A DNA stretch of 64,000 nt. Origin: Planktothrix sp. GU0601_MAG3 (GTDB taxonomy: Bacteria > Cyanobacteriota > Cyanobacteriia > Cyanobacteriales > Microcoleaceae). The stretch lies in the NCBI GenBank assembly GCA_035193785.1, contig CP136572.1, forward strand, positions 3,156,578 to 3,220,577, in the 5' to 3' direction. Under the pieces are notes generated by a model. That model saw nothing but the letters and a program-made list of their open reading frames with translations. It was not told the origin of the DNA and did not search any database. Made by a program: the position numbers and the translations under genes. Positions 1 to 12,212 of the stretch are shown piece after piece (positions within the stretch are counted from its first letter, which is position 1; the number at the start of each line of letters is the position of its first letter).

Positions 1-171
1 GCTGCGAGTCCCAGGAAAACCGTTGAATTAGGAGGCTGGTGGCGTTGAACTTTATTCTGATTATTTCAGGGTTTTGGATTTATGGGCGTGACTGAACTTT
101 GGGAGGAGTGGTGATTCTTTGGAGATAACTCTGTGATCTAAATCACGCCCGTTGATTTGTCCCACTTAAAC

Positions 172-378
172 CTAGTTTAATTTTAAAGCACTTACGGGAA
201 CATCATCCCAGGATTCAACGCTTCTGAGCACAGCAACCCAACCTTCTTGTTTTTGGGTTTCGGTTAAGTTTTTTTGGAAGGATTCATGACAGTCCTGAGC
301 TTGCTTTTCATCGGCGCAAGCAATACAAGAATAAACAATTCCCATCGGATCAAGTTGTTCATTTACCCAAATTACCAT
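172..378 (-). CDS. Small conserved cyanobacterial protein (MVIWVNEQLDP-type), function unknown
   Basis: ORF with ATG at 378 after an AGGAG RBS; resembles a small cyanobacterial family from memory. Confidence 0.7.
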   Translation of the reverse strand: MVIWVNEQLDPMGIVYSCIACADEKQAQDCHESFQKNLTETQKQEGWVAVLRSVESWDDVPVSALKLN

Positions 379-446
379 TGTAAATCTTCTCCTCACCTAA
401 TATCAGTAAATTGCCTTCATTTTATATTAAATTGGGAAGAATTTAC

Positions 447-980
<534 letters not shown>

Positions 981-1018
981 TCATCAGTATACAACAATTT
1001 TAATCAATAATCAATTGA

Positions 1019-2030
1019 TTATCTAATCCAACCTTTCAAGCGTTCAGCTACATTAGGACGGCGTAATTTTCGCATGGCTCTGGCTTGAATCTGTCGGACT
1101 CGTTCCCGGGATAAATTATAGACTCCACTGACTTCTTCTAGGGTGTAGGGAACGCCCGTAACCAATCCAAACCGCAGGGCTAAAACGTCTTTTTCTCGTT
1201 CAGTTAAAACTGTTCCTAAAACCTCTAATAAATCCTGGCGCATCATCATTTCATTCATTTGAGCTTCAGGGGTTTGGGTTTCCTGATCTTCTAAAATGTC
1301 CATTAATTCCGAGGTTTCTTCAGAACCAATGCGATGATTTAAAGATAGGGATTTGCGATGAACTTGTTCAAGTAAAATCACTTGTTCGGGAGTAATTCCC
1401 ATCGCCTCCGCCAGTTCTTCTTGGGTGGGTTTTCGATGGAGAGATTGCTTTAAATCTCGATAGGTTAACTTCATTTTATTCAACTGTTCAACAATATGAA
1501 CAGGTAGGCGAATTGTCCTCCCTTGATTGGCAATTGTGCGGGTAATTCCTTGACGAATCCACCAATAGGCGTAGGTCGAGAATTTATAACCTTTATCGGG
1601 ATCAAATTTTTCGGTGGCGCGGTTGAGTCCCAGGGCTCCTTCTTGAATTAAATCTAATAATGGAACTCCTCGATTAATATAACGTTTAGCAATGGATACC
1701 ACCAAGCGTAAATTAGAACTAATCATCCGGTTTTTTGCAGCATTTCCCGAATGTAAACGATGTTTTAATTCTGTCTCGGTTACTCCCACTAAATTTGCCA
1801 GTTTCTGCGGGGGTGGGTAAACGTCCTAACTCCAGGGTAAGTTGAGTTTGTTGGGCTTCGATTTTAACTAAACTTTGAATATGACGAGCGAGTTCGATTT
1901 CTTCGTCGGGTTTGAGTAAAGGATAACGCGCCATCCGTTTAAAGAGTGCGGCGATTGCGTCATCTCCTGATGCAGTCGCTTCTATAATAGGAAAGAATGT
2001 GGCATTCTGTGGATTCATTGTATCCTCCAT
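1019..2030 (-). CDS. Group 2 sigma-70 RNA polymerase sigma factor (+1 frameshift at 1801-1805)
   Basis: Region 1.2 [14 protein letters not shown], region 2 [28 protein letters not shown] and region 4 SRERVRQI; the two ORFs join on removing one base at GTTTC. Confidence 0.9.
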
Positions 2031-2237
2031 CCAGGTTAAGATTCGCCATGACAGAATGGTTTTGACGATCTATAATTCAAGCAGTCTACTTCCAGTTTTC
2101 CCCATCTTTAAAATCTTGAGTCCGATTAAAAGATGGGGAAATACTATCCATCACTACTTGATGCTGATCCCATTATAGGAGAGTTAATCAAAAGACAGGG
2201 AAATCCTTGGTATGGGTTTAATAATCATCCCCCTGAT

Positions 2238-3543
2238 TTACTCATTCATATTTCTTAATGTTGCCACCGCAGAAGGAGAAATACGACTGAGGTAACGGAA
2301 AATCCAGTATTTCATAATTGTATCCAGAATCACGGGAAAAGTGGCAATGAACAAAAAGATAAAGCTACGATTAGGTGCAATCCCTAAGTGATTAGAAAAT
2401 CCTTCTAATAGGACTTCCCAACCGTGGGGAGAGTGAAAACCGACAAAGATATCCGTGAGCAAAATAATAATAAATGCCTTAGCACTATCACTCAAATCGT
2501 AGATGACAGTATCGAGCAAGGATTTTAAGGCTGCAAACCCCTGGGAATTGAAAACAATTACTAAAGTAAAGGCAATTAATCCTACTAAATCGGCAAAAAC
2601 ATTACTAATTGCTTCACTGCTTCTGTGATCAAAATCACTGGCAATTTCTTCGGCTTTTTCCGCCATTTTCTTTTCAACTTCTTCAGCTTCAATAGCGGGC
2701 GTTTTGTAGAGTAAACTGCTCATTTGCAGTTCTTCTTCATAGGATTTTAACTCGTGAAAAGCCTCTTCTTTCATTTCTGGGTTAAGAAATAGAGTAACTT
2801 CATGGGTTAGTCGATAATGTTCTACTAGAGGAAGAAAGACAAAGTTTTTAGAGAGTTGTTGTGATAAAAGGGGAATTAAAATAAGTAGCAAGAGGAAATT
2901 AATCGCTGATTTTGTTTTTTTCCTTGATGACCGATAGCTACTGATTAACCGTTCTTCGGAACTATCATCTAATTCCGTTTGGATCTTTTGAAACGTGCGC
3001 CCAATAGAAACGGGGTAAAGCCCCAGTTTTTTTTCCTTTAAACACTTCTCCAGAAGTTTGAACTTCTACAAAGTCAAGGGGGGATAAATCTGATTTTTCG
3101 CCAGATTGTCCATTGTTCACTCTGTTGACAGATGTAAACCGAGATGAATCAGTAGACAGAGGAGAAGCGGAAGCATCATATTGATATTTATCAACAACTT
3201 CATCAATGAATTTTAGTTTTTCGATAAATTCTATATTTCCCGAATTGTCCAAACTCCGGGTCAGTTTAAATTCACCCAGTTTAAATTTAACGGTGTTTAA
3301 ATTCTGCTCAACATCCTTAATAAAGCATTCTAAAACACTGGGAGTATATTGGGGTGCATCTTCGGAAACTTTTTGTCCCCCAAAATGCTGATCTTCTATG
3401 GTTTTTATCGCTAAAGCAGCTTGATAGGCCTGTTGTAATGCTCTTTCTGGGGTTTTATGTAACCATTGGTTACCGGACTTAAACACATTCAAAAATCGAA
3501 CCCCTAAACTACCTTTTTGAACTTTGAAAATAGAATTATTCAT
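2238..3543 (-). CDS. pxcA: Proton extrusion protein PxcA (CemA family; +1 frameshift at 3007-3011)
   Basis: N-terminal TPERAL..AY.AAL and C-terminal TDIFVGFHSPHGWE/FIATFPVILDT..KYWIFRYL. Confidence 0.9.
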
Positions 3544-3587
3544 CTGGATGGCGTTGGCTAGAACAGAACAATAACAATAATAGGAGT

Positions 3588-4263
3588 TTAACTTGGGTTG
3601 ATGATCGCTAAGAGGTCAGGGACGGGAAAGGGCTCTTGTTCAAGGGGAACAAACTGATTTTGTTTAACATCATACGCTAAAATTCTTCCCGTTTCAATTT
3701 CATAAACCCAGGCATGAAGATGGAGTTTTCCAGCGTGTAACCGAGACCTAACAACTGGATAGGTTTCTAGGTTAGCAATCTGATTCAAAACATTAGTTTG
3801 GGTGGCAATACTTAATAATTCCTCCCCCGAATATTCTGAATAATTCTCTCCAATGATCCGACGAATTGATTCTCCATAAACTTTTAACCAATCATATACC
3901 AAGGGCATTTCATCATACAAACTTTGGAGTTGAAGTAATCCTTTGATACTACCACAAAGGGAATGCCCACAGATGATAATTTCTTTAATATTCAAGGCTT
4001 GAACTGCATATTCAATTCCGGCGCCTTCGCTGCTATTTAGAGTTCCGTAAGGAGGAATGATATTACCGATATTGCGAATAATAAAGATTTCTCCGGGTTT
4101 CAGTCTGAGTCAGCAAGTTGGGAGCAATCCTAGAGTCACAACAAGTTATAAATAAAATCTCCGGGGTTTGACCGTGAGAGAGGCGTTGAAATAGGTCTTG
4201 GTGCGCCTTAAAGTAATTTTGTTGAAAATCATTTAAACCACTAATAATGCGTTTAATGGGCAT
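3588..4263 (-). CDS. Beta-class carbonic anhydrase (+1 frameshift at 4097-4101)
   Basis: Zn-binding CxDxR (CCDSR) and HxxC (GHSLCG) motifs; short form without the long C-terminal tail. Confidence 0.9.
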
Positions 4264-4349
4264 AAATATGTCCTCAATCACTAACCAATCGAGATCCGGT
4301 AGACTGCCAACTGATAAATGATTTGAATGTATCCTGTTTCAAAATTCCT

Positions 4350-4520
4350 TTAGTGTATCACCCATTTCCCATCACGGAACAAACAAACACCCCTATCTCC
4401 TTTTCCCGAAGTATCTTTAATTAAGGTATAGCCAGATACTTTAATCCGATCCAAAATATCCAGTGCATCCTGAATGTGAAACGTATTAATGATGATTTCT
4501 ATTCTTTTGATATCCTGCAT
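4350..4520 (-). CDS. Second SbtB/PII-like paralog with an internal in-frame deletion (56 aa; not in ORF track)
   Basis: Hand translation MQDIKRIEIIINTFHIQDALDILDRIKVSGYTLIKDTSGKGDRGVCLFRDGKWVIH* aligns to both ends of the adjacent 97-aa PII-like protein. Confidence 0.75.
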   Translation of the reverse strand: MQDIKRIEIIINTFHIQDALDILDRIKVSGYTLIKDTSGKGDRGVCLFRDGKWVIH

Positions 4521-4535
4521 AGTACATTCAAAATC

Positions 4536-4829
4536 TTAGTGATGAATCCAAGTAGCATCGCTCACTAAACACATCCCTCCCACTCGCTTCAGCAGAGGAT
4601 TAACGCTGGAAATAATTTGCTCAAGTTGTTTTTCGTTGGTGCAAACTGTCATAATATAAGTATTAGTAAATACTTCTCCTAAATCATCATTATAAAAACC
4701 GCGATCTCCTTTTCCAGATGTATTTTTGATCACGGTATATCCCTTAACTTTGGCTTGGTCTAAGAGTTCTAAAACTTCATTAGCTTCAAAACTACCAATG
4801 ATAATTTCAACTTTTTTTACCGCTTCCAT
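4536..4829 (-). CDS. PII-superfamily SbtB-like regulator
   Basis: KKVEIII..GYTVI...SGKGDRG...GGMCLVSD; directly downstream of an SbtA-like permease. Confidence 0.85.
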   Translation of the reverse strand: MEAVKKVEIIIGSFEANEVLELLDQAKVKGYTVIKNTSGKGDRGFYNDDLGEVFTNTYIMTVCTNEKQLEQIISSVNPLLKRVGGMCLVSDATWIHH

Positions 4830-4832
4830 TCT

Positions 4833-5811
4833 CTAAGCTCCAATATATTTGATGATTTGTAAATACAGGGGAATTCCCACAATAATATTAAAGGGAAATG
4901 TTAGGGCCAGTGCCATGGAAACGTAAATACTAGGATTGGCTTCAGGAACGGTCATGCGCATGGCGGCGGGAACAGCAATATAGGAAGCACTGGCACAGAG
5001 AACCGCAAACAGTAATGTGTTTCCTTCACCAAATCCTAAAACTTTGCCAATAATAATCCCCAAAATTGCATTAGCAACGGGAATAAAGACGGAAAAACCA
5101 ATCAAAAATGATCCGGTTTTGCTCAATTCTCTAATTCGCTTGGCGGCTACCAATCCCATATCTAAAAGGAAAAAGGTTAAAGCACCATAGAAAATACCTT
5201 GGGTAAATGGTTGTAATTTTTCCCAGCCTTTTTCTCCGGTTAACAGTCCGACAATTAGACTACCGACTAATAGAAAAACAGAACCATTTAAAAAGGATTC
5301 ATGTAGAACTTTTCCCCAAGAAAAAGCCTGATTTTCCCCCTCTTTCGCCGGGGCAAAAACCCGGACTAATACAATCCCAATAATAATTGCCGGAGATTCC
5401 ATTAAAGCCAGGGCCGCCACCATGTGTCCGCCATATTCAATATGCAATTTTTCCAGGAAGGAACTGGCGGTAATAAATGTTACCGCACTCGTGGAACCAT
5501 AGGTGGCCGCAATCGCCGCCGCATTATAGGCATCCAGTTTCAGGCGCAGAATAAAAAAGCTATAGGCAGGAAACCACAAGGGCCATAACAACCGAAGCCA
5601 TCATGGTTAAGGCAATTTGGGGATTAATTCCACTTTCTGATAACTCATAGCCCCCTTTAAATCCAATTGCCAATAATAAATACAACGAGAACAGTTTGGG
5701 TAGGGGCTGAGGGATTTCTAAATCCGATTTACAAAAGACGGCTAACATCCCCAGAAAGAAAAATAGTACCGGAGGATTGAGGATATTAAATAAAATCAGA
5801 CTTCCATCCAT
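4833..5811 (-). CDS. Sodium-dependent bicarbonate transport family permease, SbtA-like (+1 frameshift at 5570-5574)
   Basis: SLYLLLAIGFKGG, YGSTSAVTF, LMESPAII, ASASYIAVPAA and TFPFN motifs. Confidence 0.88.
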
Positions 5812-5867
5812 AGGTTAGAGTTTGGGTATAGGTGATGCAAAAAATCTTAATATTGAAATGTTACAAC

Positions 5868-6764
5868 CTATTTGTAATTAGTATATGACTTTTTTAAGGT
5901 GGTCGCTCTTTTGGCAATTCTAATCAAATTTTTAGAGGAACTATTGCGATTAACTGTTATCCGAGAAATCCGATATTTATTTGTATAGCGATTAATCCGC
6001 GCCATATTTCCATCATAAATATATCCGGTTAAATAATAGGGAGATAAAGATTTTTCTACTCTCCGGTTAACTTTTCCAAAGGGATAAGCAAAATGAGCAG
6101 CTACCAATTTATTTTTATCTAAATCTTCCATACAGGTTCTCAGATCAAGTTTAGCTTGTTCGAGTTCAAATTTTAAATCTTTTCCTTTGATTAGGGTTAA
6201 TTGTTTATGGGTTTGACCATGGGATTGAATATCATAATATCCGCGTTTATAGCCATCGCGTAGTTCTGCACAACTAACATGGGGTAAAAAGTCTTTTAAC
6301 CTAACTCCCATTAAGCCAGGATTCACAAACCAGACGATTTTGGTTTTTTTGTTGTATTGTTTTTCTAAATCTTTTAAAATAGGTAAAACATGATCATGAA
6401 CGCCAGAATAACCATCATCAAAGGTAATCATAACGGGCTTTTGTCCAATTTTTTCTAAAGGAATCGGCTGGGATTTTTCAATAAAATAGATAAATAAATC
6501 TTGAGTTGTTAAAAACCAATAGTTATTTTTAGCTAAATAATTAATAAAAGTATAGAAATCCTTTTTAAAATAATCATTCTCAAATTGGGATCTTTTTTCG
6601 GGACTTTGATCAATATTGGATTCATCAATAATATCATGTAATCCAAAAATTGGGATTCTGATACTGGCGGTTCTGTAGGTAGCTCCCAGGGCGGGAATAC
6701 CCAACAAAATTACACAAAGTAAGCCAATTAGGAAACTCAGCAAAATTCGATTTATTTTTGCCAT
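5868..6764 (-). CDS. Secreted polysaccharide deacetylase (CE4/NodB-like)
   Basis: Signal peptide; ITFDDG, QSHGQTH and FAYPFG motifs. Confidence 0.85.
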   Translation of the reverse strand: MAKINRILLSFLIGLLCVILLGIPALGATYRTASIRIPIFGLHDIIDESNIDQSPEKRSQFENDYFKKDFYTFINYLAKNNYWFLTTQDLFIYFIEKSQPIPLEKIGQKPVMITFDDGYSGVHDHVLPILKDLEKQYNKKTKIVWFVNPGLMGVRLKDFLPHVSCAELRDGYKRGYYDIQSHGQTHKQLTLIKGKDLKFELEQAKLDLRTCMEDLDKNKLVAAHFAYPFGKVNRRVEKSLSPYYLTGYIYDGNMARINRYTNKYRISRITVNRNSSSKNLIRIAKRATTLKKSYTNYK

Positions 6765-6818
6765 TTCTATTGCAGAATAGAGAGATTAGAACCACAAACA
6801 CACGCAGTAATTTTAAGT

Positions 6819-7359
6819 TTAACTGAATCCGATTTCTCTCCCCTTTCCGGCGTGAACCAGGGCTAATTTTTCATAGCGTTTGGCGTGTTCAATTAAATCC
6901 GCCGCAGCTTCCGGGGACACATCCCGCAGTAGTTTGGCAGGAAACCCCCACAACCAAGGAAAACGGCGGCACATCTTTGGTGACCACCGAACCCGCCCCA
7001 ATTATACTTCCGGTTCCCACCCGTACCCCATCTAAGATAACAGCCCCAATTCCAATTAAACTGCCCCGTTCAATATGGGCTCCGTGAATTACCGCCCGAT
7101 GACCCACGGTAACATAATCTTCCAAAAGGGTAACTTTCCCCGGATCACCGTGCAGAATTGCACCATCCTGTATATTAGTTTTGGCACCAATAATAATTCG
7201 TGCCACATCCCCCCGAACCACCGCCCCATACCAAATACTCGCCCCCGCCCCAATCTCCACAAACCCCATAACGACGGCATTGGGGGCAACAAAAGCAGCC
7301 TGGGAAATATCGACATCGGGCCAGTAGGGTTGATCATTCTGTAGAAATTGATCAGACAT
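6819..7359 (-). CDS. Gamma-carbonic-anhydrase family hexapeptide-repeat protein (+1 frameshift at 6941-6945)
   Basis: SIWYGAVVRGD, NIQDGAILH and TVGHRAVIHG motifs. Confidence 0.88.
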
Positions 7360-7458
7360 GGGTGTTAGATTTCCTCAAAAACGAACAAACCAGAATTAAC
7401 AAGAAAGGTTAAAATTCCTATAGCTATAATATAATCCCAGGTTTAAAACCATTTGAGC

Positions 7459-7965
7459 ATGAATTCTGCCTTGCAGTACCCAATTTTTGGCCCTGAGATT
7501 AATTGTCCCCATTGCCGCCAGCCAATTCCCGCCCTGACGCTGACGGACACCTATTTGTGTTCCCGTCATGGAGCCTTTGAGTCTGACCCGAATACGGGGG
7601 AGTTGGTTCACCTGCAATCGGGCCGTCATTGGCGACTATGGCAGGGAGAGTGGTATCGACAACATACCCATCCCGACGGGATTCGGTTTGAAATCCATGA
7701 AGCCCTAGACCGACTCTACACCCAAGGCTATCGGGCTACCCGCGTGATTATTGCCAAACGCTATCAGGATTTAATTAGTAGCTATTTGGAACGGAGTACC
7801 CCCTGGCAGAATTCGACGGAGGCAACTGAACCAAAATTGTATGGTTTACCAGTGGAATTTAGTCCCGATGTTGCGGATGAACCCCGTTGGGATGTGATTA
7901 ATTTTGATTTAGAAAAAGAACAGGGCACTCCCGTGCGTTATCCCTATTTTCGATTATTTGAGTAA
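7459..7965 (+). CDS. Conserved cyanobacterial zinc-ribbon protein (TIGR02652-like)
   Basis: YPIFGPEINCPHCRQ...TDTYLCSRHG; family recalled, not searched. Confidence 0.8.
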   Translation: MNSALQYPIFGPEINCPHCRQPIPALTLTDTYLCSRHGAFESDPNTGELVHLQSGRHWRLWQGEWYRQHTHPDGIRFEIHEALDRLYTQGYRATRVIIAKRYQDLISSYLERSTPWQNSTEATEPKLYGLPVEFSPDVADEPRWDVINFDLEKEQGTPVRYPYFRLFE

Positions 7966-7976
7966 GGGGAAAGTTC

Positions 7977-8408
7977 ATGCACCATATCTCAATTCGTACC
8001 GCTAATATTCATCGAGCGATCGCTTTTTATGAAATTCTAGGATTTACGGTTTGTGAACGCTTCACCACCGGATATACTTTGGCCTGTTGGATGGAGGGTT
8101 TAAATGGCAGGATTGAATTAATTGAAATTCCCCAACCCCAACCCGCCCCCGATGCTTTTGGCGATGAACATTATGTCGGTTATTATCATATTTCTTTTGA
8201 TTTAACCAATCAGGTTTCCGATCTAGTTAGTTGGTTAAATCATCTCAAAGCTCAGTTTAATCAGGCTATTATAGAACAGCCTAATTTATTTCAACCCCTA
8301 AATATTTTACTGGAACCGATGCAACAAATGATCGGAGATCGGGTTTATGAAGTAATGTTTATTGCCGATTCAGATGGTTTACCCTTGGAGTTTATTCGGA
8401 TTTTGTAG
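7977..8408 (+). CDS. VOC/glyoxalase family protein
   Basis: MHHISIRT...FY..LGF and FIADSDGLPLE. Confidence 0.85.
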   Translation: MHHISIRTANIHRAIAFYEILGFTVCERFTTGYTLACWMEGLNGRIELIEIPQPQPAPDAFGDEHYVGYYHISFDLTNQVSDLVSWLNHLKAQFNQAIIEQPNLFQPLNILLEPMQQMIGDRVYEVMFIADSDGLPLEFIRIL

Positions 8409-8530
8409 GAATTACGAATGGGGAATGGGGAATGGGGAATTTAAGTTTAAACCTAATTTCCCTTGTGCAAATAAGTCAGCTTAACGGTATATTAATATTT
8501 CGTTGCTGTAATTTATTGAAGGAGATTAAA

Positions 8531-8770
8531 ATGCAATCCAAAACCATTCAGTTATTTCTCGCCGTTGGTTTAGCCACTACTTTAGGGGCCTGTGGCGCAG
8601 CAGATAAAGGAGGAGAAGGTGCAAAACCCGAGGAAACCACTGCACCCTCTCCCGTAGCCACATCCAGTCCAGCCACCCCTGCTCCCGCAGCCACCTCAAC
8701 TCCATCTTCATCAGATGATGATGACAAAAAGGATGGGGATAACGAGGGGGGAGAAGGAGGCGAAGGTTAA
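8531..8770 (+). CDS. Small low-complexity lipoprotein ending GGEGGEG
   Basis: AAGGAG RBS, lipobox LGAC, Pro/Ala/Ser/Thr linker, acidic tail. Confidence 0.75.
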   Translation: MQSKTIQLFLAVGLATTLGACGAADKGGEGAKPEETTAPSPVATSSPATPAPAATSTPSSSDDDDKKDGDNEGGEGGEG

Positions 8771-8863
8771 AACCCTTTTCCTGTGGAGATATTCCCAAGA
8801 ATGTCTCTACAGTTATAGCGTTAGCCATAATCCAGAAAACCTAACGGTGAATTTTTTCCCCCC

Positions 8864-8920
8864 TATTACCCATTACCCAAAACCCAAAACCCAAAACCCA
8901 AAACCCATTACCCATTACCC
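8864..8920. repeat. STRR heptamer array (CCCATTA/CCCAAAA)n overlapping the panB stop
   Basis: Tandem 7-mers seen directly. Confidence 0.85.
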
Positions 8921-9696
8921 GGCGGAAATTTCCCCTCACGAACTTCGGTACAAAACTCCTGCACAGCCTGGGTAATAGTTTGTTGTAAATTGGCATAGGT
9001 TTTAGCAAAGGGGGGTTGCCATGCGGATAAACCCAAAATATCAGAAGTCACTAAAACTTGGCCATCGCAACCGCCCCCCGCTCCGATGCCAATGGTGGGA
9101 ATCCCTAATTTTTGTGTGATATTTTGGGCTAAATCCGAGGGGATATGTTCCAGGACAATACTAAAGGCTCCGGCTTGCTCTAAAGCGATCGCCTCTGCAA
9201 TAATTCGTGCAGCCTGATCCGATGTTTTTCCCTGTTTGCGATAACCGCCAAATTGGTGTACCGATTGCGGCGTTAGTCCCACATGACCCATCACTGGAAT
9301 TCCCACTTGGACTAACTGACCAACGGTTTCCGCCATCGCCGGATATCCGCCCTCAAGTTTTACCCCTTGAGCACCCGTTTCCTTGAGAATTCGTCCAGCC
9401 GAATGAATCGCTTGTTGAGGACTTTCTTGATAGGTTAAAAACGGTAAATCAACCACCAATAAAGCCTGTTTTACCCCCCGTCGCACCGCCTTAGCATGAT
9501 GAATAATTTCATCTAAAGTTAGGGGTAAGGTCGTGTCATATCCCAACCCGACCATCGCCAGAGAATCACCGACCAAAACAATATCAATTCCAGCCTGATC
9601 AATCAATTGGGCGATCGCATATTCATAAGCTGTTAACACCGTAATCCGTCGGCCCTGTTGTTTCCACTGACTTAATTGTTGCGTTGTAACTGGCAT
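8908..9696 (-). CDS. panB: 3-methyl-2-oxobutanoate hydroxymethyltransferase
   Basis: [21 protein letters not shown] and TIGIGAG motifs. Confidence 0.95.
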   Translation of the reverse strand: MPVTTQQLSQWKQQGRRITVLTAYEYAIAQLIDQAGIDIVLVGDSLAMVGLGYDTTLPLTLDEIIHHAKAVRRGVKQALLVVDLPFLTYQESPQQAIHSAGRILKETGAQGVKLEGGYPAMAETVGQLVQVGIPVMGHVGLTPQSVHQFGGYRKQGKTSDQAARIIAEAIALEQAGAFSIVLEHIPSDLAQNITQKLGIPTIGIGAGGGCDGQVLVTSDILGLSAWQPPFAKTYANLQQTITQAVQEFCTEVREGKFPPGNG

Positions 9697-9905
9697 TTAC
9701 TAATTTTAGATAATTTTATCAGATTGAATAGCGTGCCACTTGAGTTTAGAATGAAAGTGGGGGTTGGTCGGCTTCAATCTCAACTCCTCTGAACCTCCCA
9801 TACCTTGTGCCCGATAAAGCTCAGATCCTATAAATAATAAGCTCTTGGAGGGAGAAGTTCCGCCCCCAAGCGTGGCTATGAAAAAAACCAATAGGGGGAA
9901 TTGTT

Positions 9906-11730
9906 ATGAAAATTTTATTAGTAGAAGATGACCCACTAACCAGTACCACCTTATCGGAAATTTTACTCGCTCATCAATACACCGTAAATACCGTCACCGA
10001 TGGACTAACGACCTTGGAAATGGCCGAAACCTTTCTCTATGACCTAATTCTATTAGATATTGGTATTCCTAAACTAGACGGAATCAGTGTTTGTAAACAG
10101 TTACGCAGCAAGGGATATCAAAATCCTATTTTACTCTTAACCGCAAGGGATAGCAGTACCGACCGGGTGATGGGATTGGATGCCGGGGCCGATGATTACG
10201 TCGTTAAACCCTTTGATATTAATGAATTAATGGCAAGAGTCCGGGCTCTATTACGCCGGGGAAAATCCGTTTCTACGGCGGTAATGACCTGGGAAAATCT
10301 GAGTTTTGATCCGATTAATAACGAGGTAAAATCCGGGGAGAGGTTGGTACATCTTACTTCAAAAGAATACTGTTTACTTGAGTTATTTTTACTCAATCCT
10401 AAGCGAATTTTTAGCCGCCGGGCAATTTTAGATCGCCTATGGGATTTTGCCGAATCTCCAGGGGAAGAAACCGTTAGTACCCATATTAAATGTTTACGAC
10501 AAAAACTCAAAGCCGCTGGCAGTGCAGACCCAGTTGAAACCGTTCATGGTTTGGGCTATCGTTTGCGATCGCCTGTTAGCCCATCCTCCCTTGATTCTAC
10601 CGAGTCCCAAGCCATAACCAACCCTAGCAGCACTCGACGGGAAATCGCCCAGATTACCTCTAGGATTTGGGAAAATTTTAAGGACAAGGTGAAAGTCCAA
10701 ATTGAGGTTTTAGAACAGGTCGCCCCAGCCTTACTCCAAGGAAAACTGACTCCTGAACTCCAGCAACAAGCCAGAAACGAAGCCCATAAATTAGCGGGAT
10801 CTCTAGGGATTTTTGGTCTGCGGGAAGGTTCACAAGTGGCCAGAGAACTGGAATATCTCCTCGAACAGCCCAAACTCGAGATCAGCCAGGCCCAGTTAAT
10901 CTCAGATTTAGTCGTTAGTCTAAGTCTTGAAGCCAGTCGAGAAACCCTACTAACCCCCCTTTCTTCCCAACCCGTAGCCTATTCTCCTTTAATTTTAATA
11001 GTAGATGACGATCTAATGTTGGCAGAACGCATTCGGGTCGAAGCGATCGCCTGGGGATTACGCATCGAAATGGCCACGGATCTGCCCGTAGCCCGCAAAA
11101 TGATCGCCCAGAATCCTCCTAACGTGATTCTGCTGGATTTAACCTTTCCCAGTCCCCAGGAAGACGGTCTTACCCTATTAGAAGAAATCAGCCATAGGAT
11201 TCCTCAAATTCCCGTGATTACCTTAACTGGAAGGCAAAGTTTAACTGATCGGGTCACCGTCGCCCGTTTGGGAGTGAAAGCATTTTTACAAAAGCCCTTA
11301 CCCGCCTACGAAATCCTGAAATCAATTACGGAGGTTTTATCCCAGTCTAGGTCAGGAAAAGGAAATCGGGTCTTAGTTGTCGATGATGATTCTATGCTTT
11401 TGGCCTTTGTTTCTAACCTGTTAGAAGCCGAGGGGTTAAGTGTAACCACCCTACAAAACCCAGAAACGATTTTGGGAGGTATTACTCGATTGTCGTCCCG
11501 ATCTCCTGATTTTGGATTGGGAAATGTCAGGCTTCAATGGTTTAGATCTCTGTCAAGCGGTGCGAACTGATCAACGGTGGCGTCATCTGCCAATCATCTT
11601 TTTTTCTGTCCATGCGGAGGAAAGCTCTATTATGCAGGCTTTCGCCGTAGGCGCTTCAGATTACCTCAGCAAAACCACAGACCCAGAAACCCTAATTACT
11701 CAAGTTTTACGTCGTCTGCAACCTGTCTAA
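9906..11730 (+). CDS. Multidomain response regulator REC-wHTH-HPt-REC-REC, RcaC-like architecture (+1 frameshift at 11463-11467)
   Basis: OmpR-type REC and winged helix (ETVHGLGYRL), HPt EAHKLAGSLG, two further REC domains with the conserved Asp. Confidence 0.88.
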
Positions 11731-11734
11731 TGGG

Positions 11735-11801
11735 GAATTACGAATTACGAATTACGAATTACGAATGGGTAATGGGTAATGGGTAATGGGTAATGGGTAA
11801 T
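11735..11801 (+). repeat. STRR arrays (GAATTAC)4 followed by (TGGGTAA)5
   Basis: Tandem 7-mers immediately after the stop codon. Confidence 0.9.
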
Positions 11802-11813
11802 AGAAAGAGTTTA

Positions 11814-12113
<300 letters not shown>

Positions 12114-12176
12114 TTACTTAAGTTTACAATTGCGAGAGTGTTGATTGATCAAATGATTAACTTTAATGGATTTCAC

Positions 12177-12212
12177 TTGCAATTCATCAGGGGAGTGTAT
12201 ATTGTATATACA
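12177..12212 (+). promoter_or_regulatory. Putative sigma70-type promoter TTGCAA-N17-TATTGT overlapped by palindrome TGTATAT-N3-ATATACA
   Basis: -35 at 12177-12182, -10 at 12200-12205; motif match only. Confidence 0.5.

Noticed and set aside
9740..9900. Possible sRNA or riboswitch between panB and the response regulator
   Set aside because: Only a weak CTCCC/GGGAG pairing and no recognisable consensus.
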